From positions 1 through 60,464 of the IMG/VR virus record IMGVR_UViG_3300037014_000313: a stretch of DNA of 60,464 nucleotides, one strand, 5' to 3'. A program made the translations under genes and the position numbers. The stretch comes from a virus. Lineage: Duplodnaviria; Caudoviricetes. The notes under the pieces are model-generated. The model was not told the origin of the DNA and did not search any database. It saw nothing but the letters and a program-made list of their open reading frames with translations. This document shows positions 56,123 through 60,464 of this stretch, piece by piece. Position 1 is the stretch's first letter. Each line of letters opens with the position of its first letter.

Positions 56123-59100
56123 ATGCAAGGGTTCAGGTCTGAGTACGTCTACGTCGACGTACATTCATCGGCGCAGAAGCAATGGCGCCGGGTCAAGATC
56201 GACCAGGTCGATGAGAAGCTGCTGAAGCCATCCAAGAACTTCAAGTGCTTCAAGTCGGTGCAGCGCTACAACAAGGCGCACGCCGAGCCCGGGGAGCACG
56301 TGTGGATGCCGCTGTTCTTCGATCTCGACAACGAGAAGGATCCCGGCATCACCATCGACGACGTCAAGAAGCTGTACGGATACATGACCGAGGTCCTGCA
56401 GATTCATCACCACTTCGTGAGGATGTACTTCAGCGGCAAGAAGGGATTCCACGTCGTCATCGAGCCGGAATGCTTCGACATCAGGCCGCACCACGAGATC
56501 CATCTCAAGATCAGGAAGGCGGCGCTCAACATCTCCGAGCATCTCGACCTGAAGACATTCGACTCCAAGGTCTACAGCGTCAGGCGGGTGCTCAGGATCC
56601 ACAACAGCATCCACGAGGGCACCAAGCTGTTCAAGATCGAAGTCAGCCTCGGCGATCTCGCCAAGGGCATCGACTTCATCAAGGAGAAGGCGAAGCGGCC
56701 ACAGGAGGACGTCACGCCGGAGGAACCCAGCGAGGAGGTCTCAATCTCCCAGGAAGCAAAGGAGTTCTGGGACGGCATCAGGCTTGAGGTCGAGGAAGCG
56801 GAGGAGCTGTCCAACCTCAAGCCGGACCACATGATCCATGACTTCGGCGAGCTGCCGGTGTGCATCAAGCACATGCTGTCGCTGCCGGCTCTGCCGACAT
56901 CCCACTCCGGCAACCGCACCATCCTGTCGCTGGCCGCCTACATGAAGGACATCGGCTGGACGGAGCAGAAGACCGTGGAGACGCTCGTGCCGTGGCTGGT
57001 CAAGCTTCCGAACATCGGCAACGCCGGCAACCCGAAGGCCATCGAGGCCGGCGCCAGGGCCACCATCGCCTTCGTCTACAGGAAGTCCACGGACGACAAG
57101 GGCGATCGCTACCACTTCGCGTGCAAGTACATCCTCGCGCTGTCAACGCCTGATCACAAGATCCCGTGCCAGAACGTCCAGTGCCCGGCCGTGAAGGGCA
57201 AGATGCAGGAGACGAAGGAGACCATCGATCTCAGCCTCGATGGATTCTCGAAGTCCATCTACCTTGGCGAGAAGGTGAGGGTGCCGACGCTCATCAGCGG
57301 AAAGGCCGGCACGCCCTACGTCGTTCCCAAGCGTGTCCGCTTCACCTGTCCTCCGGATGAGGATGGCGAGTTCTGCAAGAACTGCCCCATCGCGCAGTTC
57401 AACGGCGAGGCCAGCTTCGAGTTCGACGTCAAGGACCCCGAGATCCTGGAGATCGTGAACACATCCAACAAGTTCCAGTGGGAAGCCATCAGGAGGAAGT
57501 TCAGGTTCCCACCAGCGTGCAGCCGGTGCAAGACCAGGGTCGAGGAGTACATGAACATCGAGGAGGTGCGGATGTCGCCGGCGGCTGTTGACGTCAGCGA
57601 CTTCCAGAAATCGGAGTTCGTCAACCGCAAGGGATTCTTCATCGGCTATCCCCTGCAGTCGAACAAGCGCTTCATGGTGACAGGGTTTCCGGTGAAGGAT
57701 CCGAAAACGCAGACGTCGGCGTTCCTGTTCCAGGAGCACGAGAAGCTCGAGACCGAGATCGAGACCTTCACGATGACGCCTGAGATCAAGGCCGAGCTCG
57801 AAGTCTTCTGCGCCAAGGAAGGAGATGTCGAGGGCAAGTTCGAGGATATCCACAACGACCTTTCCACGAACGTCTACCGCATCTGGAATCGACGCGACCT
57901 CGCATGGGCCGCGGACCTCGTCGTCCATTCCGTGAGAGGATTCAAGTTCAGATCGGAGCCGTTCGTCAAGGGATGGATCGAGCTCCTGGTTGTGGGTGAC
58001 TCCGGACAGGGGAAGACCGCTTGCGTGCGCCGGCTCGTGCAGGGCCACTACAAGGTCGGAGAGTACGTCAGCGGCGGCGCCAGCAAGCGCACAGGCCTCC
58101 TCTACTCCTACCAGGAGAACGGGAAGACGTGGATGCTGATCTGGGGTGCCATGCCCCTGAACGATCTCGGACTCCTCGTCGTCGATGAATTCGGCGACAT
58201 GGCCGAGGAAGAATTCGCGCTCATGACGGACGTGCGATCGAGCGGGATCGTGAAGGCCGTAGGAGTCGTCACCGCCGAGACCTTCGCCAGGGTGCGCTTG
58301 ATCGCGCTGTCGAATGCGAAGAAGGGCAAGCACCTGGCCGAGTACGATCTCCCGGTCGTCGCCATCAAGGAGCTCGTGCCGGCAGCGGAGGATATCAGGA
58401 GATTCGACTTCGCCCTCTGCGTGGCGTCAGGAGAAGTCCCCGTCGAGACCATCAACAGGGCCGACTTCGAACACGTCCACCACGTCTACACGTCCAGCCT
58501 CTGCCGCAACCTCATCAGGTGGGCGTGGTCGCGCAAGGAGACAGAGGTTGAGTTCACCGACGGCGCGTCGAAGTTCATCCTCCACGAAGCCACCAGGATG
58601 GCCAAGGACTTCTACGCCGGCGACATCCCGCTCGTGGAGCCCGCGGACCAGAGGTTCAAGCTCGCACGACTGGCGGCTGCAGCCGCCGCACGCGTCTTCT
58701 CCACCGATGAGAAGGGCGACAAGATCGTCGTCAAGGAAGAACACGTTGGCTTCATCATGGGACTGCTGTACGAGATCTACAACAACCACAACTTCAAGTA
58801 CGGTGAGTGGTCGCGGACGCAGAGGAAGACGGAGTCGTCTGGAGTCGAAGACCTCAGAGGCTGCCTCGACCGCATCATGGACCTTCCGCAATGGAAACGC
58901 ATCTTCGGTCTCCTGACTCTTCCCGGCCAGATTGACGGCCGCGAAGTCGAAGGCGTCATGAGCGGCGACAGATCCAAGTCCTCCCAGGTGCTGGCCCTGC
59001 TACGAATCGTCGGCCTCGTCGAAAAGAAGTGGGGCAAGTACGCAAAGACGTCGAAGTGCAATCAGCTCGTGAGCTGGGCATTCTTGAATGGACATGTGAA

Positions 59101-59194
59101 GAAGGAAGACATCGAGCGCGAGATGATGGGGCCCGGTGGCGCACTTTCGAATCCCACCGGGCAGAAGACCTTTGAGGAAGGAGGCGATCGATGA
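56123..59194 (+). CDS. AEP primase-polymerase fused to an MCM-like AAA+ helicase
   Basis: FFDLD, FSGKKGFH, RRVLRI (AEP); GDSGQGKT, VVDEF, IALSN, RRFD (MCM-like); Cys-rich zinc segment between. Confidence 0.85.
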   Translation: MQGFRSEYVYVDVHSSAQKQWRRVKIDQVDEKLLKPSKNFKCFKSVQRYNKAHAEPGEHVWMPLFFDLDNEKDPGITIDDVKKLYGYMTEVLQIHHHFVRMYFSGKKGFHVVIEPECFDIRPHHEIHLKIRKAALNISEHLDLKTFDSKVYSVRRVLRIHNSIHEGTKLFKIEVSLGDLAKGIDFIKEKAKRPQEDVTPEEPSEEVSISQEAKEFWDGIRLEVEEAEELSNLKPDHMIHDFGELPVCIKHMLSLPALPTSHSGNRTILSLAAYMKDIGWTEQKTVETLVPWLVKLPNIGNAGNPKAIEAGARATIAFVYRKSTDDKGDRYHFACKYILALSTPDHKIPCQNVQCPAVKGKMQETKETIDLSLDGFSKSIYLGEKVRVPTLISGKAGTPYVVPKRVRFTCPPDEDGEFCKNCPIAQFNGEASFEFDVKDPEILEIVNTSNKFQWEAIRRKFRFPPACSRCKTRVEEYMNIEEVRMSPAAVDVSDFQKSEFVNRKGFFIGYPLQSNKRFMVTGFPVKDPKTQTSAFLFQEHEKLETEIETFTMTPEIKAELEVFCAKEGDVEGKFEDIHNDLSTNVYRIWNRRDLAWAADLVVHSVRGFKFRSEPFVKGWIELLVVGDSGQGKTACVRRLVQGHYKVGEYVSGGASKRTGLLYSYQENGKTWMLIWGAMPLNDLGLLVVDEFGDMAEEEFALMTDVRSSGIVKAVGVVTAETFARVRLIALSNAKKGKHLAEYDLPVVAIKELVPAAEDIRRFDFALCVASGEVPVETINRADFEHVHHVYTSSLCRNLIRWAWSRKETEVEFTDGASKFILHEATRMAKDFYAGDIPLVEPADQRFKLARLAAAAAARVFSTDEKGDKIVVKEEHVGFIMGLLYEIYNNHNFKYGEWSRTQRKTESSGVEDLRGCLDRIMDLPQWKRIFGLLTLPGQIDGREVEGVMSGDRSKSSQVLALLRIVGLVEKKWGKYAKTSKCNQLVSWAFLNGHVKKEDIEREMMGPGGALSNPTGQKTFEEGGDR

Positions 59195-59589
59195 CTGAGA
59201 ATCTGCGCTGGGGATTAAACGGCAAGGTGTTGGCTGTCATCCAGTCAGATGGCTCGTGGATGGCAAACGATGACATCACCCTTAAGGAGGCAAAGCTGAT
59301 TCTTCGGGATGTCGCGCTGACGGCCGCGCGCTTACTCAAGGATCGCGATGCCGCCATCGCCAAGGCAGAGATCCTGGACGAGCTCTGCCACAAGAAGGAA
59401 TCCGTCAACAAGGGCATGAACAGGGCCGTCTACATGCTCGTGAAGAAGGCCGGCGGATCAGTCGTCATCACGCCCGAAGAGATCATCTCCATGAACATGG
59501 ACGACTGGCTTTACGAGACCTCGAACTCCATCGAGGGCATGAAGCTGTGGACTCACAAGAAGGCCGAGAAGGAAGGAGCCAGCTCATGA
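59191..59589 (+). CDS. Hypothetical protein
   Basis: ATGA coupling; GGAGG RBS. Confidence 0.65.
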   Translation: MTENLRWGLNGKVLAVIQSDGSWMANDDITLKEAKLILRDVALTAARLLKDRDAAIAKAEILDELCHKKESVNKGMNRAVYMLVKKAGGSVVITPEEIISMNMDDWLYETSNSIEGMKLWTHKKAEKEGASS

Positions 59590-59747
59590 TGCTGTCCCTG
59601 CTCTGGGCCGCGGTGTGCGTCGGCGCCATCGTCGGAACGCTGACGAGTTCGATGCGGCCTGTCGTCGCTGCAACAATATGCACCTGGACTGCATGGGCCG
59701 TGGCCGGCGTGTCTTACTGGATCTATCTCAGGTACGGAAAGAAATAA
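59586..59747 (+). CDS. Small two-TM membrane protein
   Basis: Two hydrophobic stretches and a basic C-terminus. Confidence 0.55.
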   Translation: MMLSLLWAAVCVGAIVGTLTSSMRPVVAATICTWTAWAVAGVSYWIYLRYGKK

Positions 59748-59756
59748 GGAGGAAGG

Positions 59757-59969
59757 ATGAAGAAGCGTTGTGGATGTCACGCCCAGGGCGGGAAGTGCAA
59801 GCGCGAGATGGCGGTGTCGTTCGCTGTGAGGGTCGAGAAGGGCTTTGTCTACTTTGCCTTCTGCGAGGGCCATCTCTGGCTCGTGGCAAAGTTGATGAAG
59901 AAGTTGCAGGGCAAGGTCAAGCTGCCGATGCTGCCTCCGGAACAGACTACCAATAAGGAGAAAGTGTGA
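59757..59969 (+). CDS. Small Cys-containing hypothetical protein
   Basis: AAGGAGG RBS. Confidence 0.6.
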   Translation: MKKRCGCHAQGGKCKREMAVSFAVRVEKGFVYFAFCEGHLWLVAKLMKKLQGKVKLPMLPPEQTTNKEKV

Positions 59970-60464
59970 TGCCGACGAAGGAAGACTACGAGTACGTCAA
60001 GGAACTAAAGGAGCAGATTGAGAGCATGAATTCGTGTCACCAAGGCACAGTCGCGGAACTCGTTGGAATGACCTACGACCGCGACCGCCTCCGCGCCCCG
60101 AACGAGGAGATGCTGGGGATCGTGGAAGCCGTTGGCGAGATGTTGAGGACGAGCAAAGCCATGGGGAAACTGTGGAACGCCGTGGACTGGAACACTGATC
60201 TGGGGGACAAAGACCCGGCGCTGGCCGCTTACAACGCGGCTGGTGAGGCGCACACGGCGGCGTGGGACAAGATGGAGGCCCTGTACAAGGCGTGGACCAT
60301 CGCCAAGGCCGAGGCGCAGACTAGTTCTAACGTGAAACATATTTGCGGCGATCCAAGTTCGTCCTGCGATACGAGTTGCGAGGAAAACGCGGCCCGTGGC
60401 AGGGAAATCATGAACCGCCCGACAGCCGCCGACGCGCTCAAGGCGGTGGCTTGTCTGTGCCAAG
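59969..60464 (+). CDS. Hypothetical protein spanning the circular junction (5' part; continues to the stop at 367)
   Basis: ATG at 59969 after AAGGAG; MPTKEDYEYV... reads in frame into ...MEALYKAWTIAK of ORF 59..367. Confidence 0.7.
   Translation, partial: MPTKEDYEYVKELKEQIESMNSCHQGTVAELVGMTYDRDRLRAPNEEMLGIVEAVGEMLRTSKAMGKLWNAVDWNTDLGDKDPALAAYNAAGEAHTAAWDKMEALYKAWTIAKAEAQTSSNVKHICGDPSSSCDTSCEENAARGREIMNRPTAADALKAVACLCQ
60214..60464 (+). repeat. Terminal direct repeat, copy 2
   Basis: Begins CCCGGCGCTGGCCGCTTACAAC and ends CTGTGCCAAG, as does 1-251. Confidence 0.95.

Larger units (their letters stand above)
1..60464. mobile_element. Complete tailed bacteriophage genome (siphovirus-like, Mu-like head module)
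   Basis: Terminase, portal, protease, capsid, tail and replication modules are present; terminal redundancy; two divergent gene arms. Confidence 0.93.

Noticed and set aside
47924-58333. Long - strand ORFs in the early and replication arm
   Set aside because: Antisense shadows of well-supported + strand genes.

Overview
The window looks like a complete, circularly closed genome of a GC-rich tailed dsDNA phage (siphovirus-like). A 251-bp direct repeat at both ends gives a unit length of about 60.2 kb. There are two divergent arms. The + arm (41565-60464 continuing into 1-6914) carries early micro-ORFs, a DUF932-like gene, an SNF2 helicase, an AEP primase-MCM helicase fusion, two C5-type methyltransferase genes, RusA and a GT9 glycosyltransferase. 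The - arm (40711-6895) is the late operon: TerS-like gene, a glycosyltransferase fusion, fibre and beta-helix genes, TerL, a Mu-like head module, a tail module with a -1 frameshift chaperone and tape measure, and two more glycosyltransferases. I could not recognise an integrase, repressor, DNA polymerase, endolysin, reverse transcriptase, tRNA or CRISPR array. The most notable observations are: (1) a Dam-family methyltransferase in the MuF slot of the head operon, bracketed by [FYML]-[AS]-[ED] motifs also seen in the portal and protease, suggesting a packaged and processed enzyme; (2) a C5-methyltransferase locus coded in two frames, with a beta chain and an HNH nuclease nested in the +1 frame; (3) two homologous ~190-bp covarying palindromic elements; (4) a ~350-nt structured leader RNA candidate and an array of hairpin-RBS cassettes in the early region; (5) five glycosyltransferase domains flanking the virion genes. 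All calls come from motif reading by eye. No database search or folding program was run.
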